From positions 1-58,403 of the forward strand of contig CBDVDR010000021.1 of NCBI GenBank assembly GCA_965372795.1: 58,403 bases of DNA, written 5' to 3'. A program made the position numbers and the translations under genes. Under the pieces are notes generated by a model that saw only the letters and a list, made by a program, of their open reading frames with translations, made no database searches and was not told the DNA's origin. Shown here piece by piece: positions 19,186 to 28,203 of the stretch (position 1 is the stretch's first letter; the number at the start of each line of letters is the position of its first letter). Source of the stretch: an uncultured bacterium. Its GTDB lineage: Bacteria > Zixibacteria > MSB-5A5 > GN15 > FEB-12.

Positions 19186-20197
19186 ATTTCTCTTTGAAGA
19201 ATAATCGAAGCATGTACCAGATTAAACCGATTGCAATGACAAAAAATATCAAAAAGAGAATAAATACTAACCATTCAGGTCTCACCGGTATGGTTGAGGG
19301 ATCGAAATAGTTTTCCAGATACATTAGTCGTACATAGTGGCGAATCGTTACCATGCCAATAAGCGAAACAAATAACATTGACCCGGATACAAAAAAATTC
19401 TTTTTCATAAAAAAGTGTAACGAGCCTAAAGACAGAATGATTGAAACTAAAAGCCACCAAATTGCCGGAGTACGCATAAAGGGAATAAGAAAATCACCAA
19501 AGGTGAACATATAAACAAATCCGAGGATCATCGCGGCAGCCATTCCCCACAGGTAAAAATTCTTACCGATTGAATATATATTATCATCATCTTTTCCAAG
19601 CCACCCGACAAAGAAAGCACCAACGGTTATTGCTCCTAACATCATATGAAGCCATCTAAAAATGTAGGTTCCAAACTCAGTATTCAGTTGCAATCCTGAT
19701 TGGTTGCCCGCATAAAGCGTCTGATATAGATCCGGACGTTCTACAAGGGAAAACACTGAGCTGTAAATAAATGAGATATAGAGAAAACCAGCTAATGAGA
19801 TACTAAGATATAGGCCGATTTTTGATTTGTTTTTTTCTTTTGCAAAAGCGGCTCCATATAAAAAATAATATGAAACGATTGCCACAACAAATATCATTAT
19901 CCAGAACCAGGCACTTACAATTGAGGCAGCATAAGCCTGTTTTGCATAAACCAATTGTAAAAACAGAAGTGGTGCCACTGCAAAGGAAACAGTCGCTGCC
20001 ATGGCTGATGGAAATAGTTTTACAAATTTTAGAACAACCGGATTATTCCATTTGTCCTGTATTTTTGAAAACAGAAGGATAACTATCCCGCCAAAAAGAA
20101 AATTCATCGCTACAAAATGCAATGTGAGAGTCACAATATGCAGAACAGTAATCAGCCATAAAGGTGCTGATAAAAAGTTATAGTCAGGAAGGTTCAT
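19184..20197 (-). CDS. Polytopic membrane protein, probable second (CydA'-like) subunit of a bd-type oxidoreductase
   Basis: About 9 TM helices with intramembrane His (LHFVAMN, RWLHMMLG); ATGA overlap with the upstream cydA-like gene. Confidence 0.65.
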   Translation of the reverse strand: MNLPDYNFLSAPLWLITVLHIVTLTLHFVAMNFLFGGIVILLFSKIQDKWNNPVVLKFVKLFPSAMAATVSFAVAPLLFLQLVYAKQAYAASIVSAWFWIMIFVVAIVSYYFLYGAAFAKEKNKSKIGLYLSISLAGFLYISFIYSSVFSLVERPDLYQTLYAGNQSGLQLNTEFGTYIFRWLHMMLGAITVGAFFVGWLGKDDDNIYSIGKNFYLWGMAAAMILGFVYMFTFGDFLIPFMRTPAIWWLLVSIILSLGSLHFFMKKNFFVSGSMLFVSLIGMVTIRHYVRLMYLENYFDPSTIPVRPEWLVFILFLIFFVIAIGLIWYMLRLFFKEK

Positions 20198-21705
20198 TGA
20201 GCACCTTCTTCCTCTAAAGATTTCAAATATTCTATCATGGCTTGCCTTTCAACATTATCACCGGTAAAAGGAGGCATCTCATCGGCAAAATCAGACGCGT
20301 TATCGAGAATGTCATTATAATCTTCATCATCCAATCCAAGTAACGATTCCGATTTGTCATTGTAGCCACCCATCTCGTGACATCTGCCACATCTTATGTC
20401 GAAAACTTTTTTACCGAGTTCAAGGCCTGATAATCCATAAATATCTTTAATGTGGTTCTTATCAATTTGTTTTTCAAGGTATAAAGCAAGTTTTTCAACT
20501 TCCTCATCCGGCATCCTCATCTCGGGCATATTCCCTTTCATAACATGAGTCCCCCGAATTATTCCAGCGATAAACTCAGCATCGGTGCCATCAAGCGCAG
20601 GCTTGAGGGGTTTATAACCATCTATGGTATGACAGCTTCGGCAAGCATGACGGAACAGATCGGCACCATCATCCCCGGTTCGAAATGTCATATTTGCCAG
20701 ATAGCCTTCTTCTTCATATTTATCAAGATTAGCAAGTTCAACACCATTGCCATACATGTAATCAGTGATCACATAGGGCTTCCTGATTGATTCCCGAAAC
20801 CATTCAAAGGCACCGAACCATCCCAAACCTAATGCCATTGTCACAATTGCAATTATCAGGTGTTGTTTTTTGGGTAAAATCAAACCGTAGATTATCAACA
20901 TTAAACCAATTCCACCGGCAAACCAGTATGAATCATTATATGATATAATAGGGGTTGGCATCATTTCCTGGGCGGTTTGAATTATATGCGAAGGAATAGC
21001 GTGCCAATACCAATAAAATGATGGTAATATGATGGCTAAGCCTGCTAAACCCCACACCGCATTGTAACGGACAATAGATTTTTTAAAATCATTCGGTTTA
21101 TAACGCGATGCTACAAGCAATGCAAAGATTCCCGCCAGCATAATACAGATTCCGGTTCGGATAACCAGTGATGGCCAATAGGTCGGGTTGAAGAATCCAT
21201 CCCAGAAATTACCGGTTGTGATCCATTCTCCCGGGGTAAGCATATATGTGATAATTCCATTAATGACCACCAGAGATAAATATGCCGAAACAAAATATAT
21301 CCATCCGACAATCATATGATCTTTGCCTGACATTTTCTTCCAGCCATAATAGTAAATTAAGGCAGAGCAAATTTCGACAGTAAAAAATGTCCATTCAATT
21401 CCCCATGCCCAAACAAAATTATGGATCAAGGCTTCTGTTGCAGCCGGATTCAACAAACCGATAATAAACCAGATCCCTACTCCGGTCAAAGCCCCAAAGA
21501 CAACCGAAACTAAAACAAAAAACTTACTCAACTTTTGTAAATAGTCGAGTCTGAGACTGTCTCCTTTTTTTCGGGCAGCAGATTCAGCAACAACTAAATA
21601 TAGCCCTCCGCCGATTGCAAAATGTGATACAAAGACATGGATAACAGCAATTACCGCCATAAACAGACCATAGCCGATATCCACATCCCAAAATGGATAA
21701 TTCAT
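20194..21705 (-). CDS. Cytochrome bd oxidase subunit I-like protein fused to a di-heme cytochrome c domain
   Basis: HVFVSHFAIG, GALTGVGIWF, WGIEWTFFTVE, FFNPTYWP, EWFRESIRKPY, then CRSCH and CGRCH with distal Met candidates. Confidence 0.85.
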   Translation of the reverse strand: MNYPFWDVDIGYGLFMAVIAVIHVFVSHFAIGGGLYLVVAESAARKKGDSLRLDYLQKLSKFFVLVSVVFGALTGVGIWFIIGLLNPAATEALIHNFVWAWGIEWTFFTVEICSALIYYYGWKKMSGKDHMIVGWIYFVSAYLSLVVINGIITYMLTPGEWITTGNFWDGFFNPTYWPSLVIRTGICIMLAGIFALLVASRYKPNDFKKSIVRYNAVWGLAGLAIILPSFYWYWHAIPSHIIQTAQEMMPTPIISYNDSYWFAGGIGLMLIIYGLILPKKQHLIIAIVTMALGLGWFGAFEWFRESIRKPYVITDYMYGNGVELANLDKYEEEGYLANMTFRTGDDGADLFRHACRSCHTIDGYKPLKPALDGTDAEFIAGIIRGTHVMKGNMPEMRMPDEEVEKLALYLEKQIDKNHIKDIYGLSGLELGKKVFDIRCGRCHEMGGYNDKSESLLGLDDEDYNDILDNASDFADEMPPFTGDNVERQAMIEYLKSLEEEGAQ

Positions 21706-21858
21706 ATAATCAATCTCCTTGCCTGGAGTTTTATTAATAATTTCTAATCATAATTGTAAACTATACGGTATGATTGAACAAGTTTGTTGATTGCGAAAAA
21801 TACAAATAAAAATCTGTTAACAAAACTAACTTAATCGTGTTTATGAAAAAAATAATCT

Positions 21859-22293
21859 TTATGAGTCAGCTGAATCCCGTTTTGTAAAGTATTCTATTTC
21901 ACCTTCACAGGTATATCCGTTTTTTTGAAAACAGGAAATTGACGGCATGTTGACATCTTCAATTAGCGCACAGAGAACAACTGAACCCTGATCTTTCAAA
22001 AATTCTTCACATTTTTTGATAATCATTCCTGCATAATTTTTTCCACGGCGATCCGGGTCAACTGCCACCCGGTTTACCCAGCCCCGCCTGCCATCAAAAT
22101 TAGCAATCCCAACAGCCAACATTTTGTCATCATCGAAAAGTCCAAAAAAAGCACAATGCGGTAAAGATATTTCTTTGGATAACATTTCCTTACTATCGCG
22201 ACCATTTGGTTTGTATGGTAAACCGGCGTCGGCCCATAACTCGATAATCTGATCGTAATCTTCCGAATCAAGTTTTCTTATTTTGATACTCAT
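21859..22293 (-). CDS. GNAT N-acetyltransferase
   Basis: FDGRRGWVNRVAVDPDRRGKNYA motif A, N..SI.CFQKNGY. Confidence 0.9.
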   Translation of the reverse strand: MSIKIRKLDSEDYDQIIELWADAGLPYKPNGRDSKEMLSKEISLPHCAFFGLFDDDKMLAVGIANFDGRRGWVNRVAVDPDRRGKNYAGMIIKKCEEFLKDQGSVVLCALIEDVNMPSISCFQKNGYTCEGEIEYFTKRDSADS

Positions 22294-22954
22294 GTTTTTC
22301 CTTCAAAATTTCATCAAGCCACTCAACCGTGACTTCAGAACCAAATGGATTTTCATTCCAATGGTCACATCCGGTTGAGTTAAGTAGCACTCCCCGCGAG
22401 GGTATGCCGGATTCATCAGCAGTTCGCATCCCTTCGGAAAGCATTAGAATACAAGCGATACCAATAACTCCCATATCGCCGGACTTTTCTACAAAATGTT
22501 TTAACTGATCGGTCAGTTTTCTTTTTGAAAAAATTACTTTAGCTCTGTATTTAGCAGCAATATCAACAATTTTATGTGCCGGACAGGTAGCCATGCATCG
22601 CTTGCATACTTCACCGTATTCAGTATCTACTTTTTCACATTCCGGATTATGAAGTGAGAGACAATGAGGCATTACTATTAGAGTGTCTTTAGTTTTGTTA
22701 AATGCTTCGCGATTTTTTTCATCGTAAATTCTAAAAGAGATTAATTCCAGCAGATATTTTTCTTTTTCAGTTAACCGAAGTTTGTGATCATCCCGTGTGC
22801 CATCTTCGTTTTTTACTTTTTCCACAAAACAATCAATGTTATCGAATTCATGTTCAAAATACTTCAATCCACTTTTTATGAAATCATCGGTAAATTCATT
22901 TAATTTTTGTCTGAAATTTGCATCAAGAGAGTATGTTGGTTTGCGATTTTTCAT
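22268..22954 (-). CDS. DUF116-like Cys-rich protein
   Basis: MPHCL....C........CKRCMATC, IGIAC, GVLL..GC. Confidence 0.75.
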   Translation of the reverse strand: MKNRKPTYSLDANFRQKLNEFTDDFIKSGLKYFEHEFDNIDCFVEKVKNEDGTRDDHKLRLTEKEKYLLELISFRIYDEKNREAFNKTKDTLIVMPHCLSLHNPECEKVDTEYGEVCKRCMATCPAHKIVDIAAKYRAKVIFSKRKLTDQLKHFVEKSGDMGVIGIACILMLSEGMRTADESGIPSRGVLLNSTGCDHWNENPFGSEVTVEWLDEILKEKHEYQNKKT

Positions 22955-23013
22955 TTGGAATAATATTAATAGTAATATTGAATTTTGAGAAGTAAAAAAT
23001 ATTGAATCTTAAT

Positions 23014-23190
23014 TTATTTATTATCAAGCCCGGTAACATCAAGACTGTCAGTTGTCTGATCACTTTGAGTCGGCTCTTCATTTGTAGCCTTAATCGTAGT
23101 ATAACTGCTTCCACAACTCGCTGAAAATAGAACTCCAATGACAAGTGTAATACTTAGAAAAATTCTAAAAAATCTTGAAATCTTTAACAT
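23014..23190 (-). CDS. Small putative lipoprotein
   Basis: Basic N-terminus, hydrophobic stretch, SASC lipobox-like motif, short polar tail. Confidence 0.45.
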   Translation of the reverse strand: MLKISRFFRIFLSITLVIGVLFSASCGSSYTTIKATNEEPTQSDQTTDSLDVTGLDNK

Positions 23191-23239
23191 TGAATAAATA
23201 TCGGACAAAAGCCAAAATTGTTGATCCTAAAAAGTCTGC

Positions 23240-23268
23240 TTGAAATTCAAAGACGACATGCTTATACT
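23240..23268 (+). promoter_or_regulatory. Sigma70 promoter of coaX, probably leaderless
   Basis: TTGAAA-N17-TATACT ends 6 bp before the ATG. Confidence 0.65.
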
Positions 23269-23274
23269 TAACAC

Positions 23275-24039
23275 ATGTTATTAGTAATGGACATCGGTAA
23301 CACCAATATTGTTATTGGCATATTCAAGGGTAAAACCTTGAAAGATCATTTTAGAATTGCTTCGCGAGAAAATCTGACAGCTGATGAAGCCGGCTTTTTT
23401 ATTACTCATTGGCTCCAGCAGATGAAAATAGCCAACGAAGAGATCGACGAAGTAGCTTTTGCCTCGGTTGTCCCCCCGTTATCATCAGTATTTGAAACCG
23501 TTTCCCGAAAATATTTTGGCTGCATGCCAACTATTGTTTCAGCACATATTGATCTGCCTCTAAAAATTGAAATTGATAATCCAGGTGAAGTTGGCGCTGA
23601 TAGAATATGTAACGCTGTAGGAGCTTTTAAAAAATATGGCGCCCCTTGCATCATTGTTGACTTTGGAACGGCTACAAACTTTGATATAGTTGACGACAAG
23701 GGCTCATACATTGGAGGCGTGCTTCTTCCGGGTCCTGAAACATCAATGGCAGAACTTGCCAAAAAGGCTGCCCGGCTGTTTGAAGTGCGAATCGAACGAC
23801 CTGACCGTGTTGTAGGAAAATCTACCGCCGGGGCGTTAAAGTCTGGGCTTTTTTACGGTACCATCGGACAAGTGGATTATATCATTGAGAAAATCATTGC
23901 CGAAACAAAATTTAAAAGTCCGGTTATAATCGGTACCGGTGGGCTGGCAAAGGGAATTGAAAAATATTCCAAACATATTAATCTGGTCGACCCAATCCTG
24001 ACCCTTGATGGTTTGCGTTTAATCGCTGAACATGAGTAA
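23275..24039 (+). CDS. coaX: Type III pantothenate kinase
   Basis: MDIGNTN, SVVP, VGADR, VDFGTAT, IGTGG. Confidence 0.96.
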   Translation: MLLVMDIGNTNIVIGIFKGKTLKDHFRIASRENLTADEAGFFITHWLQQMKIANEEIDEVAFASVVPPLSSVFETVSRKYFGCMPTIVSAHIDLPLKIEIDNPGEVGADRICNAVGAFKKYGAPCIIVDFGTATNFDIVDDKGSYIGGVLLPGPETSMAELAKKAARLFEVRIERPDRVVGKSTAGALKSGLFYGTIGQVDYIIEKIIAETKFKSPVIIGTGGLAKGIEKYSKHINLVDPILTLDGLRLIAEHE

Positions 24040-24088
24040 TTTAATTCTTTTTTAAATAATTTTTATTATTTCCCAACCTGTCTATAAT

Positions 24089-24114
24089 TGAAACTAAGCC
24101 TAATTAATCTCGTA
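24089..24114 (+). promoter_or_regulatory. ECF-type promoter
   Basis: TGAAAC-N16-CGTA, the B. subtilis SigW-type consensus. Confidence 0.7.
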
Positions 24115-24162
24115 TTGATTATAAAGAGATTAATTTCTGTTTCACAGTTATAGGAGGATCAA

Positions 24163-25074
24163 GTGAATAAGAATTATAAGCGGTTTATTGCGTTTTCTCT
24201 GATGTTAATGCTTTTAGTACCAATCGTAAATGCCGAAAGGTATTCAAAAAGCGACATTAATAGTTTTGAAAACATAAAAAAAGTCAAAGTCAAAACATTG
24301 AGTGGCAATTGTATTGTAAACAAAGGTAACTCTAATGATGTTGAAGTCAGATTCTCAAGAGATTATTATCCTGAAAAAAATTGTAAAACTAAAATACGTG
24401 AAAATAACGGTGTTTTAAGATTAACTGAAATTATGCGAGGTTCCGGAAGTGGTCATACTGAATGGGAACTCTGGGTGCCGGATGGAATTGAAATCCAATT
24501 TACTTCTACTTCGGGCGATTTTACGGTTACTGATTTAAGAGGCACTTTTGATGTCTCAACAACTTCTGGAGATTTCTATGTAGAAGACTGTCAAGGAGAG
24601 TTTGAATTCTCAACTGCCTCCGGAAATTTCGAAATTTATAATTGTACTGGAGAATTTAAAACAAATACCGCTTCGGGGGATTATGAAATTGAAAATTGTA
24701 GTGGAATCTTTGCAGTTTCAACCGCTTCCGGAAATATCCGTGGAATTGAATTAATTCTTGAGGATCACAGTGGGTTCTCAAGTGCATCAGGAAATGTAAA
24801 CATTGGATTAGGGGAAAGTACGAAATATGATTTAGATATCAGTTCTGCATCGGGAGATGCGATTTTAGATTACAATGGCAATTCGATGGAAGGTTACTTT
24901 GAAATGTCGGCCAGAGTCAGAAAAGGGCGGATTATTTCAGATATTGATTTTGATGATGAAGAAACCTATTATAGACATAATCAAAAGTATTTAAGAAAAT
25001 TTGTAAATTTGGGAACTGATGATCCAACAATAATCATTGCGACTGCTTCCGGTAAGGCGGTTTTAAAAGATTAA
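24163..25074 (+). CDS. DUF4097-like beta-strand repeat (putative adhesin) protein
   Basis: Signal peptide; repeated (S/T)(T/A)SG(D/N) units; AGGAGG SD before the GTG. Confidence 0.85.
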   Translation: MNKNYKRFIAFSLMLMLLVPIVNAERYSKSDINSFENIKKVKVKTLSGNCIVNKGNSNDVEVRFSRDYYPEKNCKTKIRENNGVLRLTEIMRGSGSGHTEWELWVPDGIEIQFTSTSGDFTVTDLRGTFDVSTTSGDFYVEDCQGEFEFSTASGNFEIYNCTGEFKTNTASGDYEIENCSGIFAVSTASGNIRGIELILEDHSGFSSASGNVNIGLGESTKYDLDISSASGDAILDYNGNSMEGYFEMSARVRKGRIISDIDFDDEETYYRHNQKYLRKFVNLGTDDPTIIIATASGKAVLKD

Positions 25075-25097
25075 TTCTATTCAAATTTGAAAATATA

Positions 25098-25126
25098 GCC
25101 GGAGTTATTTTAACTCCGGTTTTTTT
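25098..25126 (+). terminator. Intrinsic terminator
   Basis: CCGGAGTTA-TTT-TAACTCCGG then a T-run. Confidence 0.88.
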
Positions 25127-25219
25127 ATATTATATATCTATTTAGAATCTTATTATAAAAACACATATTAATTTGTTGGCTTTTATTATATTCAATTCTG
25201 TATAAATCTTTATATACCT

Positions 25220-25246
25220 TGCAACCTAATTTGGTTTTGGATTGTC
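25220..25246 (+). promoter_or_regulatory. ECF-type (autoregulatory) promoter candidate
   Basis: TGCAAC-N17-TGTC 16 bp upstream of the ECF sigma ATG. Confidence 0.5.
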
Positions 25247-25262
25247 TTAAGTACAGATAGTT

Positions 25263-26645
25263 ATGAATAAAGAATTATTTTGGACAATGCTCGAAAAGGA
25301 GCACAAAAAAGCAGAAGCCTTCTGCCGAAAGCTATGTGGCAATTCCGATGATGGAGATGATCTCTATCAAAGCTGTTTGCTGGTTGCTTTAGACAAAATC
25401 GATAATTTACGCGACCGATCAGCTTTTCGACCCTGGCTATACAGGATTATCGTAAACAGCTTTAAAAATCGGCAAAAACATCCCTGGTGGCGAAAAAAGG
25501 AACGGCTCACTTCGGCGATTGTTGATACAATCCCCGGTGAGGACCCAACCGATGCTATTCAGGCTCGTTTCTGGTTGCGACATGCATTTAAGGCGGTTTC
25601 ATCAGAAGAACAAGCGATCCTTATTCTTTTTGAAATTGAAGGCTGGTCAATTAAAGAGCTTGCTTCACTTTTCAGTATAAGCGAAGGAACTTTGAAATCA
25701 AAACTATCAAGAACCAGACGGAAAATGCGCGATGAAATAGTTCGCAAATTTTCGGTCAGCAAAAAAAACCAAAAATTTATGAGGCCGAAAATGCAATGCC
25801 ACGAAATAAAACAGCTCTTAAATGAAATCAATTCAGATTTCAATGATGAAGTGCTGAATCATCTCGAGGGCTGTTTGGAATGTAAAAAGCTTGTTCATGC
25901 CGAAACAATTCTTCGTCGAGGCGTTCTTGCTGAAAAACATTCCGAAGATCATAAAGCCACCGATTTGAGTCTGATTAAGATGAAAGTGGGAGCAAAAGAG
26001 GCTGCTATGACCGGAAAGGATAGCAAGGTTATGTCTTATATTAAAACTCTGCTTATAAACCATAGAAAAGCAACCATATCAATTTCAATCACAGCTGCAA
26101 TGCTTTTCTTTTTTACATTGATACCCTTCCCCTATACGGTAACAACCGGATACACAGTAGACTTTCATAATGCCGGAGATAATGCTTTTGCAGTTTTAAA
26201 TCCGGTAACAGAAGCTCTTGATGCTCTTGGTTATAAAAATGTAACTGTCAATGCTAACAGCGATGGAAACAGAACTACTGTTTCTTTATATGGGCTTCCA
26301 AATTTTGATGCCGCCAGAGAAGCAGCCGCTGTATTTAACACCGTTACAAATTTTAATTTAAAACCGGAAATAATTCCAGTGTTGAAAAAATCATCCGGCA
26401 GTCTTTATGCCCAGGCAAGAAATCTGTTTTACAAAATTGAAATAGATTCAAACGGCAAAAGCGATGCTGAGATAATCGCTGAAATTGAAGCGAAACTTGC
26501 CGATCAGGGATTAACCAGCATTGTTGAATTTGATACTGATAGCGATGGACAACAAACTATTTCTATCGACATGACCAGTGATGATTTAATTGATTCCGGT
26601 GGTGAAGGAACAGCAACTATTGAGTTAGATATAGGCGGAAAATAA
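25263..26645 (+). CDS. ECF sigma factor in frame with a zinc-binding anti-sigma (ZAS), TM helix and extracytoplasmic domain
   Basis: Region 2 (DDLYQ..FRPWLYRI..N), region 4 (GWSIKELA..SEGTLKSKLSRTR), then MQC...HLEGCLEC and a TM helix. Confidence 0.85.
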   Translation: MNKELFWTMLEKEHKKAEAFCRKLCGNSDDGDDLYQSCLLVALDKIDNLRDRSAFRPWLYRIIVNSFKNRQKHPWWRKKERLTSAIVDTIPGEDPTDAIQARFWLRHAFKAVSSEEQAILILFEIEGWSIKELASLFSISEGTLKSKLSRTRRKMRDEIVRKFSVSKKNQKFMRPKMQCHEIKQLLNEINSDFNDEVLNHLEGCLECKKLVHAETILRRGVLAEKHSEDHKATDLSLIKMKVGAKEAAMTGKDSKVMSYIKTLLINHRKATISISITAAMLFFFTLIPFPYTVTTGYTVDFHNAGDNAFAVLNPVTEALDALGYKNVTVNANSDGNRTTVSLYGLPNFDAAREAAAVFNTVTNFNLKPEIIPVLKKSSGSLYAQARNLFYKIEIDSNGKSDAEIIAEIEAKLADQGLTSIVEFDTDSDGQQTISIDMTSDDLIDSGGEGTATIELDIGGK

Positions 26646-26662
26646 TCTGTTTGAATGTTACT

Positions 26663-26692
26663 AAAAAAGGCAGGCTTTAAGCCTGCCTTTTT
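26663..26692. terminator. Bidirectional intrinsic terminator
   Basis: AAAAAAGGCAGGCT-TTA-AGCCTGCCTTTTT. Confidence 0.9.
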
Positions 26693-26712
26693 ATTTTCAA
26701 ATTTTATAGATC

Positions 26713-28119
26713 TTATATCTCAAAATATTCATCAAATTTTAATTCAAAGTCTTTTGGTGTGTACTCGCCTTTTTCTTTATTGAGGATATAATTTTTGGAA
26801 TATTCACCGGCGATAATTTTTTTTAACATTTCAATAATCTCATCAATTTCTTCTTTGGTATTATAAATACCAAACGACATTCTAATTGTTCCCGGAATAT
26901 TTGAACGATCACGATCGAGAATTTCTGCTTCCAGTTTTTTTGAATCTTCTTCTGATACTTTCATCAAACTCTTTACATAAAGATGAGCACAGAAACACCC
27001 TGAACGCACTCCTATGCCACCTTCATAACTCAAAATGGATGCTGTTAAAGCATGAGGGATATTGTCAACATTTAATGAGATGACCCCTAATCTATTATGG
27101 GAATTATCCGGATCGGTGTCGCCATAAAGGGTTATCCCATCAATCGCTTTAAGTTTATTCAATGCATAAGCGGTTAGTTCGGATTCATGATCGATGATTT
27201 CTTTCCAGCCGATTGATTGAAATAATTTTATTACTTTACCTAAGGCAACCACGCCGACTATATCAGGGGTGCCGGCTTCTTCTTTTTCCGGAAGATCGGT
27301 CCAATAGGCTTCTTCAAGGGTAACAATATCAACCACACCACCGCCAACTTCCTGAGGATCACCTTCTTCAAAAATATCTCTTTCACCAACCAGGATACCT
27401 ACTCCAAACGGTGCATACATCTTATGGGCTGAAAAAACAAGATAGTCGATACAATGCTCAGGATCATCCGGTTTCATATCGACCGGACGATGAGGCACTA
27501 ACTGTGCACCATCAACCATTAACTTGGCACCGATTCTATGAGTTTCTTTTGCAAAGAAATCTATATCAGTAATATATCCGCTGACATTAGAAGCACCTGT
27601 AATGGCAACCAGTTTTATGCGTGAACCATACTGCTTAATTTTGTTTAAAAAATCTTCTTTAGAAATCTGACCGTCATCATCAAGCTCAACATGTTGTACT
27701 TCTCCGGCACGTCTCCAGGGCAGCTCGTTGGAGTGATGTTCCATTAAAGTTGTAAGGATGATATCATCTTTATTAAATTGTAATCGATATGAAAGTTTGT
27801 TGATAGCCTCAGTAGCATTCTTGGTAAAAATGACGACATGTTTTTTTAAATCCGCCTTAACAAATTCCGCAACCATATCACGAGATTTTTCAAATGCCCA
27901 ACTTGCTAATTGGGATTTAAAACCGGTACCGCGATGTACGTTTGAATACCATCTCAAAAATGAAACCAGTGAATCTGCGATAGGTTTAAAGGTTGGGGTC
28001 GAGGCGGCATTATCAAAATTAATATATCTTTTGTCACCATGAAGAGTGGGAACAACTGTATTCGATCCTATTAACAGTTCAGGCAAATCTTCAATTTTTA
28101 TTTTTTCAACATCTATCAT
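26713..28119 (-). CDS. Class V PLP enzyme, cysteine desulfurase (SufS-like)
   Basis: FDNAAST, MEHHSN, VDGAQ, SAHKMYAPFG, AGTP, RSGCFCAH; start set by a GGAG SD. Confidence 0.88.
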   Translation of the reverse strand: MIDVEKIKIEDLPELLIGSNTVVPTLHGDKRYINFDNAASTPTFKPIADSLVSFLRWYSNVHRGTGFKSQLASWAFEKSRDMVAEFVKADLKKHVVIFTKNATEAINKLSYRLQFNKDDIILTTLMEHHSNELPWRRAGEVQHVELDDDGQISKEDFLNKIKQYGSRIKLVAITGASNVSGYITDIDFFAKETHRIGAKLMVDGAQLVPHRPVDMKPDDPEHCIDYLVFSAHKMYAPFGVGILVGERDIFEEGDPQEVGGGVVDIVTLEEAYWTDLPEKEEAGTPDIVGVVALGKVIKLFQSIGWKEIIDHESELTAYALNKLKAIDGITLYGDTDPDNSHNRLGVISLNVDNIPHALTASILSYEGGIGVRSGCFCAHLYVKSLMKVSEEDSKKLEAEILDRDRSNIPGTIRMSFGIYNTKEEIDEIIEMLKKIIAGEYSKNYILNKEKGEYTPKDFELKFDEYFEI

Positions 28120-28203
28120 ATCTATTACACTCCATAATTTATTTATCAATAGCTTTGAGACAATATAAGAATATTATAGGAAACAACAAGAGAAGGGGAA
28201 AAA

